Assembly (NCBI RefSeq): GCF_003918875.1
Contig: NW_025767308.1
Coordinates: forward strand, 62,001-126,000
Direction of reading: 5' to 3'
DNA: 64,000 bases
Source: Haliotis rubra
Taxonomy: Eukaryota
Below the pieces are notes generated by a model, which saw nothing but the letters and a program-made list of their open reading frames with translations, made no database searches and was not told the DNA's origin. A program made the translations under genes and the position numbers. This document shows positions 38,150-50,800 of this stretch, one piece after another (the stretch's first letter is position 1; every line of letters begins with the position of its first letter).

Positions 38150-40500
38150 ATCAGTCAAATTCTTGGGGAGGATGTTGCCCATTATTTCATGGATAACTGG
38201 AAAATATTTCTAGTCGACTTCTTCATGATTTGGCCATTTCTTTAGTAGAAACTAAATACATTTTACGAACTTTTAAATAGCATGGACGAAAATCTTGTTT
38301 TCACTATGGAGGCAGATGAAATGAAAACAGCTTTCTTGGACACAATAATCATCTAATTGGGGCGGAATTGGACACAGGTATCTTCTACAAACTTACTGAT
38401 ACGAAACAATATTAAAACTTCATATTTTGTCATCCGAGCCACACTAAAAGAAGTCTTCCATATAACCTGGCACAAAGAATATGTACAATGGATTCAAACC
38501 AGGACTCCAGCAATCAAAGGCTGAACTTAGGATGTTTTACTATTACGGGAATATCCAAAATCTCTTGTTGAAGAGGGAACCAATAAAGCGTTACAGCTTA
38601 ATAGACAATATCTTTTGGCAGGAGCGATGAAACAAACCAATGAGGAAAGAGTAATAGCTTTTGTATCTACTTAAAATCCGTTGAACCCAAATGTGTTCCA
38701 GAACAGTAAAACAAATATGTACATCTTAGAACAAGATGAAAAACTGAAATCAATGCTGAAATCTAGAAAATAATAAATATAGCAAAAGACAAAATCAGAA
38801 CTTGGAAAGATCCTAACAGAAGCCAAATTTATTTTTTAGAAACCCAGAATGTATCAAATCCTACTGTATCCAACAGAAGTAACTGTGGAACGTGTCGACA
38901 TATTGTTGAAGGACACTCTGTAACCAGATGTAACACGAGACACAGAGAATTTTATGCAAAACCGAATTTTGACTCTTCTTCCAAAAATATTATATATGTC
39001 ATAACATGCACACGGACTGTACTGAACAGCATACTGGCCAATCAGAAAATTTAAGAGCCCGGGTTCGTGTCTGTCAAGATCACAATTAGTGTAATATGTT
39101 TTGTTCTTTGTCTGAGGTGTGAGAAATTGGGAGTGAAAAGAGGCTAGCTGGAGCAGTGATGTAAGCGTTAAGCGAGTGTTGGGGTGTGCAGTATGAGAGC
39201 CATTGTATGTATCTGGGTAGTAAGCTTGGGGTTAATCAAGTAGCTTGGGGGCTATATAAGGACTGATTTGAAAGTTGTGAGTTGGCAGCCAGTTGGAATG
39301 TATGTGCGTGTCAGGTTGGCTGGTTTTCCTGGTTTTTCCTGAATCCTGGTGTGAGTATGATAATGTTATGTTATGTTTCAGTCAGAATATGACTATGAAT
39401 TATATATAGTAAAATTATTGCTATTTCACCTTAAAGCATGTAACTATAACTAAGGTGAAATATAGGTAATATTATTGCTGTGGTTAGTAATATGATGGAA
39501 TTGTGATCAGTATGTGACATTTTGAGAATGTCTCTAAGTTAGTATACTGGGGTAATGATGATACTCATTCAGCAGGTCACGTGTAATGTATAGTGGTAGT
39601 GTTGTGTATTAAGTGACTGTAAAACAGCCCTGTAAACATATCCTGTGTATGTGATCTATATATATATGTATATATATAGAAATATAGATAGTGTACATGT
39701 AAAGTCACCAAGTAAAGGGTGTGCTTTTTGTATCCAGTGTCGACCCTGACATGCCGCCCGTGGATGTGAAGTAACATCTGTGTATCTGGGGAGAGTGACG
39801 TGCCCCGTCAGTAAGGCTGTACCAACTGATCAACAGGAATCATATGGACATGCCGCCAAAGTATGTAGAGACTTACATGCAGGGGAAGGACCCCTAACCT
39901 ACCACCAAAGACCTGAACTGTCTGGAATCCCCACATGTGGTGACAAGAACATCGTCAGTGATTTATATAGCATGCAACTGATTTGTGCTTTTAATGAATT
40001 GCTTACATATTCCATCTTCCATGTACATGACATAATCATATGAATTGTTGTGTGTTTCTTTAAAAAGACAAGTGTGGTGTTGTGATATTTTGACTATTGA
40101 TGTGAGTATATGTGAATGGTGAAGTATGATGTGCTTGTTTGGGTGTGTAGGGGAAAGAGTGTGAGGGTGTTTGGTAGTGCGAGAATGAAGTTGTGATGCC
40201 AGCCTGTATTAACTATTGTAAATAGGGTAAATTTAGTTAATAAATTATATTAACTTTGAAATCTGGTTTTGTCTTTACTCTAGTATGTGACAGTGTCCAC
40301 AAATAACAAATTAAGTGTCCTGAAACCCGATGTATCCCACTGAGTGAACATCTATATGTCTGTGCGAAAGGAAACTATATTAAGTTTACAATATTTCCTT
40401 TTGATCAAGTTCATAATTCGGACAAAGTAAAACGAATTATAAAACAACGCTACTTCATAGATAAGTTCAAACCAATGTTAAATCATTGCAAGCTTTGACC
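38150..40500 (+). mobile_element. Degenerate Penelope-like retroelement (RT C-terminus plus GIY-YIG endonuclease)
   Basis: FTME..AFLD, FYKLTDTKQY..CHPSHTKRSLPYNLAQRIC, NCGTCRH, SKNIIYVITC..TGQSENLRARVRV|H; contains stops and frameshifts. Confidence 0.8.
39072..40292 (+). mobile_element. Solo LTR inserted in the Penelope relic
   Basis: TGTCA...TGACA termini; 5-bp TSD GTGTC (39067-39071 / 40293-40297); TATA-like ~39253 and AATAAA ~40239. Confidence 0.8.
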
Positions 40501-41161
40501 TTGTCACTCTAGAATGTGGTCCTCATTTTGATGTCACAATATATTTGTAATGATGTCATACTGTAACTGCTTCAATGAAACATGTTGGAGGAAACATCAT
40601 TCTGCTCTGAGAGCGTCTGTATTTTCCACACTACTTGCCTTGTTGTGTTTCTTTGCATCTCATAAATATAAGCCAACACTTCATTCAGATGCATCAATAT
40701 TCTAAAAGTCTGAATTCTCCTCTTTACCTCCCATGTAGCCAATCGGTAATATAGCGGGATTGTTTATAGTCGTATGTTGCTTATGTAAACTGTTTAATCA
40801 TCTATATATTAATTGCAGCACCACTGTACCCAAAGATCCCCATTTAGGCAAAATAATCAAGATCAACAATAATAATGAATGCATCAAGTGCTGAAACTAT
40901 TAATCTGTAGTACATTCTGCTCTTTGGTCCATGCATTGCGTGAACATGGATATGTGAAGTTCGGAGCAAAGTATACATGTGATCAATTAGACCAGGAGTG
41001 AAAGGTCATATCGAATTCTAGCACACGATGTTTACATTTTGAGCATATCCACGACATGAAACACTTACTTACTGCATTAGTATAGTTTTATCTGAATATG
41101 CATATTGAATATATAAAGGTCAGTCCACACATCCATAAACAACAACTAAACAGCCACTCAC

Positions 41162-41506
41162 CCAGGACAACAAGTTTCTGTCCACAGTTCTGTATCACAT
41201 CAGTGGCGGTCCCTCCTCCATTCCCACACGTGTATGTCCCTGCATCAGATGTCTGGATGTTGCTGAGGGTGAAGGTGACGTTCCTGACTGCTATGTTCCC
41301 CTGGTACACCAGTCTACCGCTGTAGCCTGGGAGTGGGATGAAATTCCCAGAACCTGTCACTATGAACACAGTGCCACCAGCAGGACTGACAACATAGAAA
41401 CTGGCTCCTGTCCCCAGACCTCCCTGTGGAATCTCCCAGTTGAACCTGGCTGTGTCAGACACTGCAGACAACACTGGACTGGCACTAGTTGCACCTGATA
41501 CAACAC
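41162..41506 (-). CDS. Gene D V-like exon
   Basis: 345 nt; ARFNWEIP...SDAGTYTCG...CGQKLVVL. Confidence 0.9.
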
Positions 41507-42288
41507 CTGTAGAGACAAGATATGTGGTTATTTAGAATATCATTCATGAAGCAGGACGGTTATCTTACCTCCATGTGAAACACTTTAATTTTATTGATCA
41601 CTGACGCTTTAACAAGTTTCCGTGTCACCCCTCCCAAGAGGGTGACAACTGGGAAAAGTATTACCCGCAGCCACGGTAACTGCTAAACTCTCCGCCGAGA
41701 AGCTGTATCGCTTACAATCGCATGACGTCGTGATATGACGCATGCAGTGTCCGGTTACTTTGGCCGTTCGATTACTTGTTTTTGAGTTTACTATGTACAT
41801 TTATTTTACCGTCTTTTTAAACTACTTTATACATTGAATCGTTTGCCCTCAACTTAAACATAATTAATCATGTTTATAGCAGTGTTAACCTTGTCAGAAT
41901 ATGTTCCACTGATTTAAAAAATCCAGTCGAGGGGTAGACGCCATTTTGTTTACATGTCATATAGTCGGTAGCGATCTTAAAACTAGAATAAAATGATATT
42001 TTGTACATATAACATGGCGGTAAGATAAAAACATTGTATGCTTCTCCATCGAGTAATACAGTCTGATGTACGCTTCTTTGTACAGTGTCATCTCTCGCCT
42101 ACCGGCTCGGGTGACACTGCTACAAACAGGCGTCCATCAGACCGTATTACCCTCGAGAGAAGCATACAACTTATAGTATTATACCAAGTAGAAACCTGCT
42201 GTCTTTGACTTGTATCGATGTTGAGGTAGTGTTTTACTTCATTAGCATATGCAGACATTACTGGACATGACTGATATAAGAAACGCAC

Positions 42289-42331
42289 CTGCTATCACAT
42301 ATAATATTGCCGCTTGGGCGGTCTTCGTCAT
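42289..42331 (-). CDS. Gene D signal-peptide exon
   Basis: MTKTAQAAILYVIA+G; 43 nt, phase 1; upstream acceptor context resembles that of the gene E leader. Confidence 0.65.
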
Positions 42332-45300
42332 GCCTTTTGTCCAGCACCTCCGTGACAATCTGAAATAAAGGTACAACATGTATCATTTATATCGATACTG
42401 TTTTGAGTATCAACGAGATATGCAGATGGGTGAAGGTTCACTGTTACCGTCTGATTGCTGTTACAATGCCCTGATGATAATGTGTGTGTGTGTGTGTGTG
42501 TGTGTGTCTTTGATGCGTAAAACTCTCATTATAACATACCAGCAATAATGTTTTCCCTGAAAGGTAAGGATTGAAATAGTGGTCTGCCGTCCCTTCTTCA
42601 TGATGATGGATCACTGGTGATCATATCGATTCCTTCACTCAAACAAAGACAGAATAGTTTAAAATATGAACTGTGCCAACAAGACATATTTTATTATCAC
42701 TGTGCATAAACTCCTACAATCACTGGCTAGGAATCCCAAGTTTTATAGGTTTACTACTCCACGAGCAGGGTGCTTACAAGAAGGTATACTGATGAAGTGG
42801 TAGCATTTCGCGATCCACGATCACTGGATTCTGGAACACCTGAAGGAGTACGTGTCACCTGGGTTGTGAAAGTAGTCGCCTGTCTGTAAGGAAGGGAATC
42901 AACCGGAACCCAGAAATTGTTGTATAAAATACACTTGTGAAACATAATGAGATAGGGGATATTTTCATGTACACAATGTGCGTTTACGACTTCAAATGAA
43001 ACTTAATTCTCTTGCCTGTTAGCATTTACTGCATTTCCACTGAAGTAAGATGTGGACATATTCACACTATAAACATCAACAACTAAACACTGCATCGCAT
43101 TGTGCATTAGTATGTCCCGCGTTGACATAGCACGCGTGTATAGTGAATTACTTGTGTGACAGTAGCTTTGGCAAAGGGAAACAAATCTGCTTATCCCTAC
43201 ATAGACGTCGGACACAGGGTGAGACTTTGTCAGTGACAATAGACATTTTGATGCCAGAGTTTGGAGCCACAAGTCCGTTGAGAAAGAGGTAAACATGCAA
43301 ACAATGCAAACAAGAGAAATACATAATGTGTACATACCGACTGAAACTTGCGGTTGTCATGTATAAACCGTCACTGCAGTCTCTGTGTGTAGCTGGTTAG
43401 ATCAACACGGAAGTAATGTGTAGGTCTGCCTGCATATCACTCGTTTCTAACAGGTTTCTAAATATAGCTGACTCAAATGTTAGTCACATGAATGCAGGTT
43501 TAGTGTAATGCGAATGAAAATACTTTCAGAACAGATTTGGGTTACGCCTTGTCAGCTTGCTAGCCCGGAACTATGTAAGTCTCTGACGTTTACCATTCTG
43601 GGGAATCACACGTGCTGACAAACATGGACAGATAATCGTGAACCTGACGCGAACCGACGATCGTAGTTTTCGGACACGAATATGAAAGGCTCTATTCACG
43701 ACTTATTGAAGTGATAACCAGCTCGTGCCTCTTCAGACGAGAGCCGCGGTGGGGTCAAGACCTGACACTATCGCGGGTGTCGGCTAGTGTCTCTTTAAAT
43801 CAGTGGCGTTGTGCAATGTTTTTTTCACGGAGTTATATGTGCAAATAATGTGATTGAATTAACAGTTCTTTTCCCAAAGAATGATTATAAATCACTACAA
43901 AAGAATCATGCTATTTCAAGAAAGGGTAAAATCCTTGACAGTACAAATAGTATGATTATAGTAATTTTTACGCGAGTGTGTTTTTTTTGTAATTTGTATT
44001 AACATTGATTAGGTGATAGTTATTATGGGTCACAATGTTCAAAGTTTTGAGTGAGGGTTGTGGGTCACATTTCGCCTCATATATGTTCAATGGCAATAGT
44101 ATTTTTAGCGATAGGCCTTTTTGATGACGCTCCAGAGTAAACTGCCCTTGACAATGTTTTGATTAACTGGTTTACTTCCGCTTCTTGCGAGTTCTGAGAG
44201 AATAATGATACAGCCACGCTTTGTTCGAATGTTCAAGAATCTGTGTCAGTATATCTAAAGGCTGGTTGTTGTGTTGTGCCTCACAGATTAACACACACGG
44301 ACTGTCACTATGTTAACATATCAATGGAGTTACATCTGTCTGCCTTCGTCGAGCTGACCTACATTCACGATTGACTGCCTGACTATTGCTCTCATTATAA
44401 GCAAGCTTCATTTAGAATATCTGCTCTCACTGTAAATACCAAGGCTCCTGGTGAGTTGATATCTTATATTTGTGACTCAATTCTTTAGATTTGTGACTCA
44501 ATTGCATTGTACTAGAAATCTGTATTGTGATTCATTGTAGCTTGCTCATTGGTTGCTGAATATATTATTGAATATGTTAGACTTGTCTGTGTTATATTTT
44601 GCTGGTTCAAGGGGATTCTTATACCTTTTGTCATGGCAGTTTTTTAACCGTAAAATAATACAGATTGTGATGGAAAAATTCACCTCGCTGCCACAGTGGT
44701 CAAGATTCCAAAATTTACCAACGGTGAGAACTGCTGGAAAGTGACCTCCACATAACATAATATACAATGTGAGTTGACCAAGGCAAGAGGTTTTGCCCTA
44801 TATAGTTTAGTTTCTGTTCTGTGTCTGTAAATTTCTCCAACTCGCTGGGTCCTACTTTACTGCGATATTCTGGATGCTCTAGATCCTTCTAGACCATTGT
44901 TACTCCCAGTCTAAACACTATATCTATCATACCACTACCCTCTACTGGAGGATAACAGAAACAGAGGAACTCAACTATAAAACTATTCCACAACGACCAG
45001 CACTACCAGAGAACACACGTTATACAGCCATGTATATTTACGTCTATTTCGTCCTAAACATAGCTTGTGTGCAGCCCACATATTACATCCAAATAGACCC
45101 TTAATATAGATACACCTATTTAATCTTGTAACATAAGAAATGAGTAATGACAAGCTATAAAAACAGTACCCAACTGTAACATGCTCACTCCAAGCACAGA
45201 CTGGGCTTTTACTGAGTTACTTAACAAGAACGAAATTGGACAAGGTTGAGCATGTACAATAGACGAGTGTCCCGCTCGGAAGTTGCAAACTAAATTTCTC

Positions 45301-47458
45301 TATCGTTTTGCCCATTTATTTTGGAGAAGATAAGCAAAAATCTGCAAGCTGATAATGTATAAAGAATTATCTAAGTGGATAATCAATTGATCTAATACAG
45401 TTCAAGGAAGACTGAAAAGTAATAAATATACTCTGTGTCTACATGTACTATCTTCCCTACATATACCACAGTTTTCTTTAGCAGGATGTTCATTCATGAG
45501 AAAGTCACTTTGTCTCATATATAAATTACTGCTTCTTTTCAAGAGTTATTTAAGATTAAATGGGATTGCGCACATGGATTGAAATCAGGAACAGCATTTG
45601 CAAATATCCTTGTATACGTTCGTAAGGAATATTTATTCAAGCTTTCACTAGCTCAATCCCGGTGACAGATAAGTTAAGATATTGCGAAATATATAAAATA
45701 ACTGTAATGACTCTGATTAGCAAGACATACACGATGCTTAGGATAGATATATGGGCAAGCCATAGTTCAATACACACAATATCGTTCTATTTTGTTCCCA
45801 TGTGTATGACTCGATCACCAACGTTAAAAACAACAAGAAACTGGTTTGGTGACTGTGCATGCATGTTTTGATAGACTCTGATAGGAAAATATACCAACGG
45901 GACCTTTTGAGATTATCAGCAAGTTATACATTATGTATATGGATGTCAGTTGACCAGAACTGTAATGGGCTAAATGTCTGGTCTTCGATATTGAAGGATA
46001 GATTTCGTCTGTAAACAACGAAACATTAATACCATTGACAGTTTGTCCCACTGGTATGTTGTAAGCTCCATGTTTCTAATGTGCGTACGGTCGTGCTGGA
46101 AATGAAACCCGTAAAGAAAGGAACCCACAGGAATCCACCATATTGCTGTCTTCAGAGCAATAACGTCATCTGTCAGTATGTACAGTTCTGTTGCCCAATG
46201 TAGAGCCCTGTTTGAATGCTATATTATCTGAATATCATACAATATTACACACGATTTGACTTTACTGTTACCTCTATCCATTACATTAGCACCTAATCTA
46301 AAAAATCCCGATTGCGCTCTTTCAACTGAAGAACCATGCACAAGCAGTCTCTTAACTAAAGCGTTATTATCAACCCACGAAGTTTTTTGTCAGAAATAAG
46401 AACGAAACAAGATACATGCATGCACGAAAAGAGGTGAAAGTTTTATTTGAGCTTGCCTAATTTGCACTTAGTTTCAGCATTAACTGAAATATACATGATA
46501 TAACATACATGTAGATATATACATTTGTATAGCACAAGTTTGTTTACAAAAAGTGCCTACAAACACTGCCACGTTCAACTCAATGAGGTCTACGCTCCAC
46601 TCTGTGCCCACACAACTGCATATACAACACATAAATGACCAAGGTACACATTGACGTGTTATGTCTGGAGCTGAAACTGGTGTCGAACCAATAAGAACAT
46701 AGTGCAATAACATGTTTTTTCTAACATATATCCAGTGTTTAGGACACATTAAGATCGTACGACTGCGGCATCTAAGACACCTGCAAATCAAACATGTCTC
46801 TTTTATGTTACTTAAGTATCTAACACAAGTTCAAAAGGAGTCTGAATAACTGACAATGCACATATTTTCTATTCGCTTACTCATTACTTGTCTAGTAAAT
46901 GCACTTGTTCATCATTAGTTCTTACCTGGTGTATATCCATAAACATACACGAGGAACGTTGAGAATGTATTCAGTGTCCATTTAAACAAACTTAGGTACT
47001 GAAGCAACACCCTCCTTTATAGAGAACGTCAGATGTGCACCCTCATTAAGTGCGTAAAGTACATCACGTTTTATTCGTGTCAGCAATTTCGATCAGTTCC
47101 GTATGTAGTCATAAGTCAAATCTGAAACAAAAGTAGCACTATATTCATACACAGCACGGGACTCTATCCTGATAATGGCTGAATGGTTTACATCAAAAGT
47201 GTTCTAGCTTCCAGTTTTCTCACTATGGTTTATGTGAAGCATTTAGTCTGGTTAAGGATATGTCTTCAGGGTGTGACGACAGGACATAAGACAGTGTCCA
47301 CCAGGCTGTGATAAGAGGCAGCAGCATATTGTCACTAATAGTGTTACGCTAACGCAGAACTGAGGACAGAGGGAACCTATTCAGTTTAGGATTTCTACTG
47401 TGAGAAGTTCATGTTTTGTATTTTGTTGCTCTTGTACACGATTCTGCATTAGCCATAC

Positions 47459-47822
47459 CTCTGCCATCAGCATCCACATACATGCCAAGTTGGTGAAGTC
47501 TGTAGGGTCTTGATCTCTCTGCAATCTCGTCGTAGGTGTTGCCAATGTCTGGAAAGTATAATAACTTTTCAAAGACAATCGAGGGTGAGCAGTGTCGAAG
47601 AACATCAACAATGTTTACTTCCAGCAATAAACATAGAAGAGAATCATGGTAAAAGTTCAGCCGTTAGGTTTAGAGAGCTAGTTCATGTTTTGTATTTTGT
47701 TGTTCTTGTAAACGATTCTGCATTAGCCATACCTCTGCCATGAGCATTCACATACATGCCAAGTTGGTGAAGTCTGTAGGGTCTTGATCTGTCCGCAATC
47801 TCGTCGTAGGTGTTGTCAATGT
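47459..47822 (-). CDS. Gene E tandemly duplicated 90-nt cytoplasmic exon
   Basis: DIDNTYDEIADRSRPYRLHQLGMYVNAHGR and DIGNTYDEIAERSRPYRLHQLGMYVDADGR; both tttccag|...|gtatgg. Confidence 0.75.
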
Positions 47823-50800
47823 CTGGAAAGTGTAATAACGTTTACATAGTGAATGCAGGACTGCAGATAAACAATCAGAGACAATCGAGGCATCAAGGGT
47901 GAGCAGTGTCGACGAACATCAACAATGTATACTTCCAGCAATAAACATAGAAGATAATCCCAACTAAACAGGCATTTTCTTTAGAAATTCGACAAAGATA
48001 GAGCTTATGGGAGACATCAATATCACATTATCTGACATTGAAGATGCAAATCTCTGAGCTCGCAATCTTTTCTCTTTATCATATGCTTTATTTGGAAAAC
48101 TCATGTACCTTGGTAATACGGCTCTTGGTCTCGCTTATCTTGGATCCGCGACCTTCAGCAGAAACGTCAATAATGTCAAGAGGGCATGCAATTCACACAC
48201 ACATACGCTTGCAGTCGCAAAAAGTGTCACACACAAGCATACACGCACACACACACACATGTGTGCATATAAGGAGACAGAGAATTAGGTTAAATGGCAA
48301 AAGCTGTGTTTAGCTATAACCGCTTACAAGTACAACTATGAAAGGAAACTTACGTATTCGGCATGTCTGTTGTGCCTGTGGAGATACCAAAGATGACGTC
48401 ATGTCAAACTTTGTCGATAGAAGTTAAATATCTTAGCAGTGCAAGTTTGCTGTTTACTCACGTATAGTGCCTAACAAAAAAGTACACCAGTACGTTACTG
48501 TTACCGTATCGCGAAGAGGCAACATTGCTGCATAACGTGCTGAATTACATTGCTGTGCATAATTATGTTGCCTTTTGCACAGTGAGTGAGTGAGTGAGTT
48601 AGAATTTAACGTCACCTCGGCAATATTTCAGCCATATTGTGACGAGAAATGTTTTACATAAACAATAATTAAAGTTGCTAAATAATCAGTCATCGAAGGA
48701 CTGTAAAATAACTAGAGTATCACAGATGAAGTCTAAAACTAGCATGAACATGTAAAACTATTTTATTTACGAAGACAATACAATATAAAAACAGGCTATA
48801 GATCGCCAACAACTGAAGGTAGATCACCATACTAGGAACCATGGGGACTTACATTACTTTTTCTCCCTGCATGGACCCTAGCTGGATTTACACCATCCCT
48901 TCAGCTGTTGGCGATTGTAGGAAAATTTAGCCACAAATTAAAATGACAAGAATACTACGTTTAAAAACACAGGACGTAAAAAAATTACTTTGAAAGGTTT
49001 TGGGACTTACGTACCCTCTCAGGAGGACAATAATTTTACGCTAGCCTTTTGCACAGCATACATTATACCTACCTGTACTCTGCAATGCACATGCACATTC
49101 GCATCTCGTCTTCATCAATACGACAACGACGACCACAACAACGACAACCACAAACAACACACCACCTGCCACTTCAGCGATAAATCCAGTTTGTGAAGGG
49201 GGCGACCGAGCTAAAACAGAAATACCTCACGTTTCCACAACGTTACACAACAAGGAGTGCGTAATGCACACAGACATCGTTTGGAGTAAAAGAAAATATA
49301 GTAGGGTGTTTGAAAAGTACACTCTTTACTCTAAATATCTGCTCGCACAATGTATGGGTCGAACGTATTGGGCTTCAATGGTCGTATTTTCATGCGTATC
49401 ATTTACATTCTGTTGTGTGGCAAATTCAGTTAGGAACTACTTCTCCATAACCGGCCTGATGACATCAAGATGCAATTAAGGTGAATGGCCAATTGTTCAT
49501 GTTGTCGTACTCAGCAATATTCCATCTACAGTTGGATCTATATCAGAAAGTAAATAATGTCTTGTCTTCAATTAAGTCACCTCACTCAACATGCTTGAGA
49601 TGCTTGGCACCTGTGGCATATTCTCAAGTGTTCTCGAGGTTTCGTGATTTGTTAGCTGCCCCGCCATGGTGACATCAGTGACAACTATAAAGCCAAGGGA
49701 GGTTTTACACACATTCCTTATTGTCCAAAGGTCAAAATCCTGCTTTTGGCATCCAAAGCCAGTAAGCAAAACGATTTTATGATAACATCCATGCCGAACG
49801 TTCTGAGAGGTTAACTTTCAGTGTCATAGTGTATGTCAGTAAGCATAAAATGAAAACCATTTCACACCACAGCTAGCTGCAAGATTGTTGATGCAATGTT
49901 AACACATTCACTTAGGTATGGTTATATTAGGTTAAATTAGATTTAGTTTTAATTAGCTAATATCTGTCGACGCTTGATGATTTCTACACCAAATGTGTTT
50001 AAACACATTTTGACAGCTGACACTTTCATTTAGTCATCGAAGGTAAGAGCACAAAAACACAATTGCATTTCTCTGAAGTTACACCTCCACAACACTATAT
50101 GTCACCACAGATGTCCCCACACAAGGACTGAAGGTGTCGATAGCTGTACACACATCCAGTATTTTAACAATGATACTTACACTGTACATCCACTGTCACC
50201 TGCACAGCGTCAGATATCTACACACACAAGGACTGAAGTTGTCGATAGCTGTACACACATAAGTCCAGTATGCTACCAATATGGTACTTACACTGTACAT
50301 CCACTGTCACATGCACAGAGTCAGATATCTACACACACAAGGACTGAAGTTGTCAATAGCTGTACACACACCCAGTATTCTAACAATGATACTTACACTG
50401 TACATCCACTGACACCTCCATAGAGGCAGATCTCACTACAGATGTCCCCACACAAGGACTGAAGTTGTCGATAGCTGTACACACATAAGTCCAGTATTCT
50501 AACAATATGGTATTTACATTGTACAACCACTGTCGTCTTTACAGAGTCAGATCTCACTACAGATGTCCCCAAACAAGGACTGAAGCTGTCAATAGCTGTA
50601 CACACATAAGTCCAGTATGCTACCAATATGGTACTTACACTGTACATCCACTGTCGTCTCTACAGAGGAAGATGTCACTACAGCTGTCCCTACTTTAGGA
50701 CCGAGGGTGTTAGTGGCCGCAACAGACACAGAAGTACCGTCTGGCATACAAAAAATATGCATTGACCTTTCCTTTGCTTGCTACACTGAAGGAACAACCT

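Larger units (their letters stand above)
31532..42331 (-). pseudogene. Gene D: IgSF receptor (leader, V, 4 Ig, FN3, TM, ITAM+ITIM tail) with three apparent frameshifts
   Basis: Exons 42289-42331, 41162-41506, 36931-37212, 36303-36573 (271 nt), 35109-35383 (275 nt), 34364-34660, 33889-34183 (295 nt), 32706-32861, 32397-32412, 32174-32226, 31992-32084, 31745-31855, 31532-31554. Pseudogene status is uncertain because assembly error is possible. Confidence 0.65.

Noticed and set aside
42540-42620. Alternative leader exon for gene D
   Set aside because: Wrong phase and not hydrophobic; 42289-42331 fits better.
46600-46990. Possible leader exon plus C-type-lectin-like start (CPKHW...CY with a frameshift), or the last exon of gene E
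   Set aside because: Stops and frameshifts, and no further lectin motifs; too weak to call.
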